Assembly (NCBI GenBank): GCA_021163765.1
Contig: JAGGTK010000099.1
Location: 80,089-144,088 of the forward strand
Length of the DNA: 64,000 nt
Origin: a bacterium
Lineage (GTDB): Bacteria > 4484-113
Direction of reading: 5' to 3'
Part shown: piece after piece, positions 36,755 to 45,585 of the stretch
How positions within the stretch are numbered: the stretch's first letter is position 1
Layout: each line of letters opens with the position of its first letter
The notes under the pieces: model-generated
What the model saw: the letters and a program-made list of their open reading frames with translations, nothing else
What the model was told of the DNA's origin: nothing
Database searches by the model: none
Translations under genes and position numbers: made by a program

Positions 36755-38527
36755 TCAAGATGCCGGAAGATGTATGTAGAAGATAGAGCCCTTGCCTGGT
36801 GTGCTCTCCACGCTCGCGCTCCCTCCGTGGACAAGCGCTACATGCTTGACGATTGCCAGCCCCAGACCGGTTCCGCCAAACTGGCGGCTGGCCTGCTTGT
36901 CCGCCCTGTAGAACCGCTCGAAAATGCGGTCAATGTGTTCCCGGCTGATGCCATCACCCTCGTCAGCCACGCTGATGACTATCTCTCCATCCGTTTCCGT
37001 GGCTGTTACGTGTACTGATTTCCCACGCCCACCATACTTCACGGCGTTGTCGATAAGGTTCATTACTGCTTGTTCAAGCAATGAGGAGTTTATCCGTGCC
37101 TTGAGGTCGTTAGCGCAGTCGACCCGGACTTGGACTCCTAGCTGCACTGACAGTGTCGCCAAGCTCTCGGCGGCTCTCTCCAGAACTGGTTTGATCCGAC
37201 TCCGCGAGAGCGCAATCTGCTGTTGTTCAGCTTCTTGCTCGAGCCGGGAGAGGATGAGCAAATCTTCAATGATTGAATTCAATCGGTCAGCATGCCTGAC
37301 GATGGTTCTCAGGAATCGCTCAACATCCTCGCGTGCCTCCACGGATCTGTCCAGAAGCGTTTCGGAAAAGCCCTTAATGGCCGTGATAGGTGTGCGCAAC
37401 TCGTGTGAGACGTTGGCTACGAAGTCCTTGCGAATACGCTCAAATTTGGTTTCCTTGGTTACATCGGTAAGGACAACCAGAGTACCAATGGGATTTTGCG
37501 TGGAGTCCCTGAGCAAAGAAGCCGCGGCTTTAACTATCCGCTCATCTTCATCTCGAACGGTTATCAAAGTTTCCCCTTTGGTTTCTCCATCAAGAGTCCT
37601 GGACACCAGCTCCAGCAAAGCTGGTACCTGTGCAATCTCTTCAAGGTTTCTCCCTAAGCTCTCCGTGGGATCCACATTGAACAACTCGGCAGCCGTGCGA
37701 TTGGCAATGATGATGCGCCCGTCAATTCCAACTGCAACAACGCCCTCATTCATACCTGCCAGGACAACATCCATCTGGTTGCGTTGCTGGACGACTTGCG
37801 CCAGCATCGAATCCAGCCGGGAGGCCATGTCGTTGAGCGCCCGGCCGAGTCCGGCGATTTCCTCCGAGCCGTTAGTGACGATGCGGTGCGCAAGCTCCCC
37901 CTTGGCGAACTTCTCCGCCGAGAGCTTGATGTTCTCGAGAGGCCTGCTAATGTGCCGGGAGATGAACAGGCTAATTACCGCCGCGAACACAGCGGCCACA
38001 ATTGCCGCGGTCACTATCGCCCATTGGATGGCGCTCAATGCGCGATTCACCGAGGCAACCGGTATGGACACCCTCAAAACGCCGATTATTTCGCCGTCCT
38101 TGCTGATAGGTGCTGCAAGATAGAGCATTTGCTGTTGGACAGTTTTGCTGAAGCGAACCGAAGTCCCGATGCCGCCTCCCAGAGCCTTCGCTACTTCCGG
38201 GCGGTTAAGGTGATTGTCCATTACAGCCGGGTCTTCATCGGTATCACCTGCAACCGCGCCAACGGGAAGAATGACTGTAATGCGGGTGGTGGATTTTCCG
38301 CCAAGCTCCTTGCAGAGTTCGTCAACACGTTCAAGGTTGTCTGCCTTCAGGAGGGGGACAAATTCGTCGCGCAGGAGCCGTGTGCGGATTTGGAGCTGTT
38401 TGGCTGTCTCTTGTAGATAGAACTGGTGGAGAGATGCTATCGAATACCAAGTCACGCTCACAATCGCAACAAGTGAAATCAACAGATATGAGGGGAATAG
38501 CTGCCAGATTAGCTTCCTTCTGCGCAC
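36755..38527 (-). CDS. phoR: Phosphate regulon sensor histidine kinase PhoR-like (TM-sensor-HAMP-PAS-HisKA-HATPase)
   Basis: H-box VSHELRTPIT, N-box LIDNAVKY, G-boxes DEGDGI and GGTGLGLAIV. GTG start 4 nt after the phoB stop. Confidence 0.8.
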   Translation of the reverse strand: MRRRKLIWQLFPSYLLISLVAIVSVTWYSIASLHQFYLQETAKQLQIRTRLLRDEFVPLLKADNLERVDELCKELGGKSTTRITVILPVGAVAGDTDEDPAVMDNHLNRPEVAKALGGGIGTSVRFSKTVQQQMLYLAAPISKDGEIIGVLRVSIPVASVNRALSAIQWAIVTAAIVAAVFAAVISLFISRHISRPLENIKLSAEKFAKGELAHRIVTNGSEEIAGLGRALNDMASRLDSMLAQVVQQRNQMDVVLAGMNEGVVAVGIDGRIIIANRTAAELFNVDPTESLGRNLEEIAQVPALLELVSRTLDGETKGETLITVRDEDERIVKAAASLLRDSTQNPIGTLVVLTDVTKETKFERIRKDFVANVSHELRTPITAIKGFSETLLDRSVEAREDVERFLRTIVRHADRLNSIIEDLLILSRLEQEAEQQQIALSRSRIKPVLERAAESLATLSVQLGVQVRVDCANDLKARINSSLLEQAVMNLIDNAVKYGGRGKSVHVTATETDGEIVISVADEGDGISREHIDRIFERFYRADKQASRQFGGTGLGLAIVKHVALVHGGSASVESTPGKGSIFYIHLPAS

Positions 38528-38530
38528 GGC

Positions 38531-39214
38531 TTATCCCCTGAAACGATACCCCACGCCCCGGACTGTTTCTATATACTTACCGTAATTCCCTAATTTCTTT
38601 CTCAAACCCGATATTTGCACGTCCACTGCCCGGTCAGTCACAATGTACTCCTCTCCATGTATAGCATCCACGATCTGGTAACGGCTAAATACGAGTCCCC
38701 TGCGGCTGGCCAGAAAGCGCAGGACCTCGAACTCGCCACGAGTGAGTTCTACTGGCCGCTGGCCCAATCGGACCTCGTATTTCGATGGGTCGATTACAAG
38801 ATCTTCGACGACTATAGTTTCGCCTTTTCCCTCTGTCCCCTTAGCCTTCCGGCGAAGCACCGCTTTTACCCGTGCTGCCAAAACACGCGGGCTGAACGGC
38901 TTGGTAATGTAGTCATCAGCGCCAAGTTCCAGTCCGACTACGATGTCGGTGTCCTCGGACTTGGCTGTGAGCATGATAATAGGGATCGTTTTTGAAGATA
39001 CGTCAGCTTTGAGTCGTTTGCAGACCTCCAGCCCGTCGATGTCCGGCAGCATCAGGTCCAGGATGATAAGGTCAGGGGTATCCGATTTCGCGGAGTCAAG
39101 TGCTTCTGCGCCGGCTGACGCCTCTGAGACCCGGAAGCCCTCTCTGGACAGGCTGTGGCTTACCAGCTCCCGGATATCATCGTCGTCTTCTACAATGAGA
39201 ATAGCCTTCTTCAT
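38531..39214 (-). CDS. phoB: OmpR/PhoB-family response regulator
   Basis: Receiver domain ILIVEDDDDI...DLIILDLMLPDIDG...MLTAK, and winged-helix LTRGEFEVLRFL...VDVQISGLRKKL...IETVRGVGYRF. Confidence 0.85.
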   Translation of the reverse strand: MKKAILIVEDDDDIRELVSHSLSREGFRVSEASAGAEALDSAKSDTPDLIILDLMLPDIDGLEVCKRLKADVSSKTIPIIMLTAKSEDTDIVVGLELGADDYITKPFSPRVLAARVKAVLRRKAKGTEGKGETIVVEDLVIDPSKYEVRLGQRPVELTRGEFEVLRFLASRRGLVFSRYQIVDAIHGEEYIVTDRAVDVQISGLRKKLGNYGKYIETVRGVGYRFRG

Positions 39215-39434
39215 GGTTCCTTTGGGTATTGACCCACTGATCGCGCCCGCTCAAATGATATGTTACCACAGAAGCATAAGCAGACCTGCACAGCGGTCTT
39301 CCCCAATGTCCTGCATTCCTCAGATCTCAGAGAAGTTCTAAGATCATCCCGTAAGGATTGTTCGTCACTGCGGGCGAATGGCGCGACGCAGCCGTGCAAT
39401 CCACGCAGACGGGAATCGCCTTTCACCGCTTTCG

Positions 39435-39665
39435 TCAATTCTTTGTTATCGAGCCCGAATAGGTAACCGAGTGCGTCTTCAGCTTGATCCACTTCGCCTC
39501 TTCGATTCCGATGAAATTGCCGCAGGCGCATCTGACTTCGCTGCCCTCGCGCACGCTGTTATCCTCTGTTATCCGCTCCTTCCACAGGTGCCACAGTCGT
39601 CCTTTCCCGACCTTCTCATATCGGAACAGCTTCTTCCTGCAATTGGCGCATTTCACAGTTATCAT
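39435..39665 (-). CDS. Small zinc-ribbon-like hypothetical protein (76 aa)
   Basis: CxxC (CANC) near the N-terminus plus CAC later. Codon usage looks coding, but GC is visibly lower than the neighbours and the SD is weak. Confidence 0.35.
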   Translation of the reverse strand: MITVKCANCRKKLFRYEKVGKGRLWHLWKERITEDNSVREGSEVRCACGNFIGIEEAKWIKLKTHSVTYSGSITKN

Positions 39666-39908
39666 CTCTATGTCGCCGTCCGGTAGTGCTCACACGAGAG
39701 GAAGCGCCGCACGCAATCAAAACCATCGTCATTGGGATCGAACGGACTCAAGAATCCCCCGCGCAATCCACCGCACGACAATCGTCCCCGTTCGCCCCGG
39801 CTTAACCTTCCCGTTCACGTTTTGTCCCCCTGCGCCCGTGTTTGCGGCGAACCCATTATAGGCGTCTCGTAGAGCAGTGTCACTGCATACCAGCTCTTAC
39901 ATACTAAG

Positions 39909-41357
39909 TCACTGCCCCGCCAGCTCGCTGTTGTTCAGGAAGAACATCAGCGTTTGTTCCATAGGGCACGTCATCACAGCGTCTATGCCCTCGATATCGT
40001 CAAACTCCCCGATGGCTAGCCGGTAGGGATGGTGGTTGCCCAAGTTGAGATACACGAAATCCTCGAATGTTCCGTCACCGTTGCCCCTGGCGGTGGCTAT
40101 CGCCCGGGCACCGGACACCGACAGCACCAGGTCGAGATTCCCGTCCTGGTCGAAATCCGCGGAGCCGATATCCTCGCCGCCCGGGCCAATAATGCTCGCC
40201 TGCGACATGGTGAATGTGACCAGATTCTCCGTCTTTCCCTCGGGCACGCCGTTGTTTAGCTGCACTACAAGATAGGAGTCACAGTGGTAAACGGTGCCAA
40301 GAATGTTGTGATCCATTTCTCCCTGGAGAGCCCTGCAGAGCAGGGCGGTATCAGGCAGTTCATCACCGTTGAAATCACCGAGAGCAACGCGATATGAAGT
40401 AAGAACCAGCGTGCCCTGGTCTATCGCCTGTAGAACGTCGGGATCTTCAGTGGCTATGCTCTCGTCAGGGATGACGTCGTTCTCTTCCCCAGGCGTTATC
40501 GCGCAGTTTTGCCCTCTCAGGTCGTATTCCTCTTCTTCTTGGATCTCGCGCTCATACCCGAAGTAAATATCAAAGAACGTGAACCCATACATCGTAAGAA
40601 CCGCATCCTCCCTTCCGTTGCCGTCCATGTCAGCTTTTGCTGCGCACGAGTAGTAGACGTCAGCATCCGGATAATACGCTCCTGCGTAGAAACGATAAGG
40701 CTCAAGGTCGCCGGATGCACTGAAAAGACCTACTAAGCGTTTTGAAATGCTATTAGCAGTCACTATATCGATAACATCGTCATAGTAGTCGAGATAAAAC
40801 GGAAATAGGGCGGTTACCTCAATGTACGAGAGTATAGTCTCCTCTTCTTCAAACGAGCCACCCGATTGAACTACTAAGGAGACGGTATCATCGCCATAGC
40901 TGAAACCTCCTCCTCCCGCCAGCACATCGTCCACGCCATCGCCAGTGAAGTCCTCAGCCCACACTTCCGTAGCTTTGATAGATAGGGGTTTATAAGCAAC
41001 CTCAATCTCCTCTTCGGAGATGAAGTCTATCACTAGCAGCTCGGAAACGCTGGTTACAACCGCTGTGTCCTGGGATGCGCCAGACCTTCGTGCCGCGTCA
41101 ATATCCCCTATCAGGCGCGAGAGCTCGAACTGATACGGGTCCAGCACGATATCTCCAGCTCCTTCCTTGGAACCATCGGGTTGCTGCTGCTGGTCCTGCG
41201 GCTCAATTGGCGCAATCGTCAGCTGCGGTGGATGCGTCCGCCGGCCACGGGAACAAGAGACGAGATATACTCCAAGCATCGAGACTAGTGCTAATGCGAT
41301 GAGCACGAGAGCATAGCTTCGAGGCTTGATGCGTCCATATTGACTTAGCCTTTTCAT
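39909..41357 (-). CDS. FG-GAP/VCBS-repeat lipoprotein (beta-propeller-like)
   Basis: Lipobox LGVYLVSCS. Repeated Ca-binding-like DxDxDG motifs: DFTGDGVDD, ADMDGNGRED, GDFNGDELPD, ADFDQDGNLD. Confidence 0.65.
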   Translation of the reverse strand: MKRLSQYGRIKPRSYALVLIALALVSMLGVYLVSCSRGRRTHPPQLTIAPIEPQDQQQQPDGSKEGAGDIVLDPYQFELSRLIGDIDAARRSGASQDTAVVTSVSELLVIDFISEEEIEVAYKPLSIKATEVWAEDFTGDGVDDVLAGGGGFSYGDDTVSLVVQSGGSFEEEETILSYIEVTALFPFYLDYYDDVIDIVTANSISKRLVGLFSASGDLEPYRFYAGAYYPDADVYYSCAAKADMDGNGREDAVLTMYGFTFFDIYFGYEREIQEEEEYDLRGQNCAITPGEENDVIPDESIATEDPDVLQAIDQGTLVLTSYRVALGDFNGDELPDTALLCRALQGEMDHNILGTVYHCDSYLVVQLNNGVPEGKTENLVTFTMSQASIIGPGGEDIGSADFDQDGNLDLVLSVSGARAIATARGNGDGTFEDFVYLNLGNHHPYRLAIGEFDDIEGIDAVMTCPMEQTLMFFLNNSELAGQ

Positions 41358-41426
41358 TTAGGCTGCTTCTTCACCTGCCCCCCGGGATTTCTCAGTCCCG
41401 CGCAGTGATTATACTTCAGGCTCCCT

Positions 41427-43349
41427 CTAATAATAAAACCAAATCGTCCGATAATCCCTGATATTTTCCCCGCGCGCGGCCAATTCCTCCAGGTAGTTGT
41501 ATATTGGCACGTCCACATAGTTGTACGGCGGCATCGGGGTGATGTTCTTCTCCCAGGGGTGGAACTCGTAGACTCGCGACCCGTCCGGCAGTATCATTAC
41601 CAGGCGCCGGTCCTGCATCGCCCGCAGGTGGTTCTTCCCCAGCTTGGGCACGTTGAAGACGGGTTCGTCGGTGCGGTCAAGGCCCGGAAGCAGCCGCGCC
41701 TCCTCCTTGCGCTCCTGCAGGATGCGCGCAATCGGCACCATATAGCTTAGAGTCTCTTTCTTCCCCTTCATGTTGAAGACGTAATACGGGTCGATGCCGA
41801 CGGCTTTCAGGTCCAGCCTGAGCTTCGCTGTCTCGAAGCGGCGCGAATTCTCAACGGTGAAAACCTGCTGGTTATATACCGAAATGCCGCGCCGGCGCAG
41901 CTTCTGGATGGACTCCTGGAGTTCCGGCGTTATCTCGTAGGAGTGCTCGACGTGCGTCACCACGGTGACTTCTCGGCGGGGAGGCTCGTGATATTTCGCA
42001 AAGATGTCTACCAGCGAATCCGTGAACCTGAACGGCAGCACAACCGGCGTCCTGGTGCCTATGCGGATGCGATAAACGTGGTCTATTTTCGCCAGCGACT
42101 CAAGTATCCAGTCAATCCTGCGGTCGGTCATAACCGCCGGATCGCCGCCGGTGACGAGAATATCGCCCAGGCCGGGGTTGTCCGCAATCCACTCCACCGC
42201 CTGCTCAACAGCCTTGTTCGACGCCATAGCGTGCTTATCAAGGCACTCGTCAATCTCCCAGTTGCGCTGGCAGTAGACGCAGATCTGGGCGCAGGTGTTG
42301 TAGGGCTTGAGAATGCAGACAAGCGGGTAGCGTCGGGTTACCAGGTCAATCGGCGAGGTGTCGTGCTCGCCCATAAAGTCGAAGTACGTTTCCCTGTCCT
42401 TGCGGTGCGCCGACATAGCGTCAACATAGTCCGGTGGCGGAAGCACCTGTGCGCGCACGGCATGGTCGTAGCCGATGGCGGGATTGCGGTCCATCAGGCT
42501 CAGGTAATACGGGGTGATGCCAAACGGCAAGCGGTTCGCGAACGCTTTTTGCAGCGCTTCCCGCAGTTCAGGTGATACCTCAATAAGGTCGAGGACAACC
42601 TGGGGCTTCTTAATGACGTTCTTCAGGTGCCACCTGTAATCGTGCCAGTCCTCGTCGTTGCCGCCGAAGTATTTGAGGATGTGTTCGCGGTTCTCCTCCC
42701 GCCACGTGATTACTTCCTTCTCCATGCCAGAAGGGTAACGCTTGAAGTACTTGCGCAGGTTCGCCGCCATATCTTCAAGCTTGCCGCTGCGCTCGCGCGC
42801 CGCTTCCCTGCCCTCAAGCCGCAGAAAGTCCGGGATGCCCTTCATTATTTCCTCGTGCTCCCGGTAGATGTTTGACTTGCCGGCCACGCCGCGAAAGAGG
42901 TTTATGAACTCCAGGAGGAATCCTACCGACACCTCCCATTGGAGCTTGCTGCGCCTTCCCTTCGCGAGCTTCCACAGGCAGTCCAGGGCGCTCACGCCGG
43001 TGCGCTTTTCGTTGATGGGCCCGATGATGCTCTTGAAGACGCGGATGCAGTCGCGCACCGTCCCTTTCTCAAGTATGTGCAGCTCGTTATCCTCGGCGAA
43101 GATAGCGCGCTCGGCCGCTTCCAGGTACGAATACACGTTGTCCCGCGCCTGCTTGAGGCTTGCGCTTTTTTTCAGGACATCGTGAAGCAGCGGGTTCGCT
43201 TCCCACAGGCGGTTCAGGTACTCGTCGTAGTCCACAACGAAACGCGGCTTCTCCAGTTCCAGAACGTCGGTGAAGACCTCGTTCTCGACAATCCTGGTGG
43301 AGATGGCCCGCATCGCTTTCTTGGTTGTTTTCGCCTTCCGCTTAGGCAT
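41427..43349 (-). CDS. KamA-family (lysine 2,3-aminomutase-like) radical SAM protein with ~230-aa N-terminal extension
   Basis: WHDYRWHLKNVI...LPFGITPYYLSLMD (KamA N-terminal signature), CAQICVYC (CxxxCxxC), ILVTGGDP. The first ~230 aa have no counterpart in canonical KamA. Confidence 0.7.
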   Translation of the reverse strand: MPKRKAKTTKKAMRAISTRIVENEVFTDVLELEKPRFVVDYDEYLNRLWEANPLLHDVLKKSASLKQARDNVYSYLEAAERAIFAEDNELHILEKGTVRDCIRVFKSIIGPINEKRTGVSALDCLWKLAKGRRSKLQWEVSVGFLLEFINLFRGVAGKSNIYREHEEIMKGIPDFLRLEGREAARERSGKLEDMAANLRKYFKRYPSGMEKEVITWREENREHILKYFGGNDEDWHDYRWHLKNVIKKPQVVLDLIEVSPELREALQKAFANRLPFGITPYYLSLMDRNPAIGYDHAVRAQVLPPPDYVDAMSAHRKDRETYFDFMGEHDTSPIDLVTRRYPLVCILKPYNTCAQICVYCQRNWEIDECLDKHAMASNKAVEQAVEWIADNPGLGDILVTGGDPAVMTDRRIDWILESLAKIDHVYRIRIGTRTPVVLPFRFTDSLVDIFAKYHEPPRREVTVVTHVEHSYEITPELQESIQKLRRRGISVYNQQVFTVENSRRFETAKLRLDLKAVGIDPYYVFNMKGKKETLSYMVPIARILQERKEEARLLPGLDRTDEPVFNVPKLGKNHLRAMQDRRLVMILPDGSRVYEFHPWEKNITPMPPYNYVDVPIYNYLEELAARGENIRDYRTIWFYY

Positions 43350-43591
43350 ATCGGCTCCTTTGGCAGTGTTCTCCCTTCCGGGCAGCTAAGGCAAGCGACG
43401 CGTTCCCCCGCCGCATGACCCTTGAAGGGAGTCACAGGCGTGTGTTGCCGCTAGCAGTATAACCTATGTGCCGTCGAAGCTCTCGTTATCCGGTCGCGCA
43501 GCCACATTGCCGGTCCGCCACTCGCCCTGAGCGAAACGCGAGCCCCCGGTCCCCCATCGCAGCGACATGCTCGTCGCTTGCCGGGCTGCTC

Positions 43592-44506
43592 TCAGTAAAG
43601 CTCGCGCACAGGGATTGTCTCAAGCCTTCCCTCATCCCGTAGCCTTGCAGCATAGGCGCATATCTCATCAAATGCGGTCATCATTGCAGGTTTACTTGTG
43701 GCGAAGTCAATCGGGTGGTTCCACAACAGGAAAACGCCGCCGCTCTTCACCGCATGGTTCATCCCCTTGATTGCCCGGACAACCCGGCGAGACACGGGTA
43801 TCGCGCTGCGGTAGCGCCCGCGCCGGTTGAATAGCATTCCGCCTTCAACGTTCAGCATCCCTAATTCGTCACGCGCCGCAGTAACCAGGGGAGGAGTGCG
43901 AGCTAACGCCTCCGTGACGAATTGGCCAAGTGCCGACTTGAAACCTGTACCGGGGGACCGGGATGTCCGATACACCCGCACGCCCGCGTCCCTCAGGACA
44001 TCTAGGTGGCCTGTTCGACCGCGCGGGAAAATGTGCGTCTTCATTTCCTGCCCGAATTCAGATATGAGGTCGCGTGCAAGTTCAAGCTCCTGCGCCGCCC
44101 GCTTGCGAGACAACGCTGGATGGCTGAAATCCACGTGGCTGAAGGAATGCGACGCCAGCTCTTGGGGTGTTGGGCACGCGGCAATCTGCTTCACTAGATC
44201 GCGGCACATCCAGACTGAATCGCCATCGTCGACCCCGCCTTCGTCACGGCTGAACCAGTCCGGGCAGTGTTCCGGGCGGTACGGTTCAAGCTCGCTATGC
44301 ACGCCGTTGCACTCGCGCAGCATCAGGTGCCCCACCACCGCCCATGTCGCCGGCACGTTGTGCCTTTCGAGAACTGCGAGCAACGAGGGTACGACTTCCT
44401 TGCGGGTCAAGCGCACCTGCGAGAGATAGCTTTCGTCGAAGACCTTGTCGAACCGCCCCCAGGCCAGTTCGAAGTCAAAACAGACAATAAAGCGTCCTCG
44501 GGCCAT
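43592..44506 (-). CDS. Polysaccharide deacetylase-like (CE4-related) protein
   Basis: N-terminal FIVCFDFELAWG and later ELASHSFSH, resembling divergent NodB-fold deacetylases. No signal peptide. Confidence 0.5.
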   Translation of the reverse strand: MARGRFIVCFDFELAWGRFDKVFDESYLSQVRLTRKEVVPSLLAVLERHNVPATWAVVGHLMLRECNGVHSELEPYRPEHCPDWFSRDEGGVDDGDSVWMCRDLVKQIAACPTPQELASHSFSHVDFSHPALSRKRAAQELELARDLISEFGQEMKTHIFPRGRTGHLDVLRDAGVRVYRTSRSPGTGFKSALGQFVTEALARTPPLVTAARDELGMLNVEGGMLFNRRGRYRSAIPVSRRVVRAIKGMNHAVKSGGVFLLWNHPIDFATSKPAMMTAFDEICAYAARLRDEGRLETIPVRELY

Positions 44507-44512
44507 GGCCTG

Positions 44513-45544
44513 CTAGCTCACATAGTCAGAATCGCCGCCGCTGGTGTACCACTCGGAGACCTTGCCTGTATCGAGAGGCATATCGCTGCCGTTATAGATA
44601 CCGTTGACGCGCTCGGTTATGTGGGTCATGCCGCTGGCCTTCGCCGCGTGCGAAAGCTCCGAATTCCCCGTGTATATGCTGCGCGCGTTTGCGCCCATCG
44701 CAAGGGCTGCCTGGCGGTGGAACTGCAGGATTCGCCTGAGATCTTCCGGGCGCTGGCGGTTGTAGTATACATCGGCAAGCAGCAGTGTGTCTCTGACTCC
44801 CGTGCAGCGCCACACGAGCGCGAACACGGCCTGCGGCCCCCCGGATTCGCAGTTAAGCTGCAGCAACACGCCGAGGTCCTTTGGATGTTCTAGGTATCGC
44901 CAGCGAAGGTATTCGATGTCGCGCGCGCAGGCGAAAGGATACTGCAACTGGCAGCGCGTCAGCAGCTCGTTGATTTGGCTATCGTCGGCATCCAGGACCT
45001 TGACGCACGGGTCCAGGCGCTCCAATCGCTTTAGATGGGGTTTCATCTTTGGGCGCCGTCTGCATCTATGCCGAGTCACTTTTCGCCACGCGCACTGCAC
45101 AGTCGAGCGCATCGGAGCTAGGTGCTCAACAAGGTCGGCGATACCGCGAAGCCGGTCGAAGCCGTGCCTGAGTGCTGCCTTAATTGAAGGAGGGGATGAG
45201 AGAAAGTGCAGCTTGATCTCCGCTGGCCGGTTGGTGAAGTAAGGAATCAGCTTGTCGCCCATCCCTTTGCCGCGCAGCCGGGGCAGGATGTACCAGTCGT
45301 TGAACGCGCACGACATAAGCTTCTTCCCGTGCACGTAAACGGGGCATTCGGTGAATCCGAGGGTTCCCGCGATCTTGCCTTCGTCGATTACCGTTAGGAA
45401 CTGGCTCACGCCTCTCCGGGCTGCCGGTGACTGGAGATACTTCCAGCGGAAGACATCGGGCTCGCGGGCAAAACCGAGATTCATCACGCGGAAGAACTTC
45501 AGGAGATCCTCCCAGCGCTGCTCGTCGTATTCCACAACTTCCAT
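44513..45544 (-). CDS. GNAT-family acyltransferase (two-domain, FemAB/BioF2-like size)
   Basis: Acyl-CoA binding motif ILPRLRGKGMGDKLI (R/Q-x-x-G-x-G/A). 343 aa. Confidence 0.55.
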   Translation of the reverse strand: MEVVEYDEQRWEDLLKFFRVMNLGFAREPDVFRWKYLQSPAARRGVSQFLTVIDEGKIAGTLGFTECPVYVHGKKLMSCAFNDWYILPRLRGKGMGDKLIPYFTNRPAEIKLHFLSSPPSIKAALRHGFDRLRGIADLVEHLAPMRSTVQCAWRKVTRHRCRRRPKMKPHLKRLERLDPCVKVLDADDSQINELLTRCQLQYPFACARDIEYLRWRYLEHPKDLGVLLQLNCESGGPQAVFALVWRCTGVRDTLLLADVYYNRQRPEDLRRILQFHRQAALAMGANARSIYTGNSELSHAAKASGMTHITERVNGIYNGSDMPLDTGKVSEWYTSGGDSDYVS

Positions 45545-45553
45545 GGCGCACGC

Positions 45554-45562
45554 ATTCTAGCA
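45554..45562 (-). promoter_or_regulatory. Extended -10 box TGCTAGAAT for the GNAT gene (near-leaderless)
   Basis: rc of attctagca. Only 9 nt separate the box from ATG 45544 and there is no SD. Confidence 0.45.
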
Positions 45563-45570
45563 CGGCGCGA

Positions 45571-45579
45571 TGCTACAAT
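45571..45579 (+). promoter_or_regulatory. Extended -10 box TGCTACAAT for folC (leaderless prediction)
   Basis: 6 nt separate the box from GTG 45586, so the predicted +1 coincides with the G of GTG. Confidence 0.45.
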
Positions 45580-45585
45580 CTGCGC

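Noticed and set aside
36924-38123. 399-aa ORF on the plus strand
   Set aside because: It is antisense to phoR. Its composition is Ser/Arg/Thr-rich with no motifs, so it is a shadow ORF.
39215-39300. Pho box upstream of phoB
   Set aside because: Only a single TAACA-like hexamer (GTAACA) is present, without 11-bp-phased partners. It is not comparable to the four-repeat site at 36663-36701.
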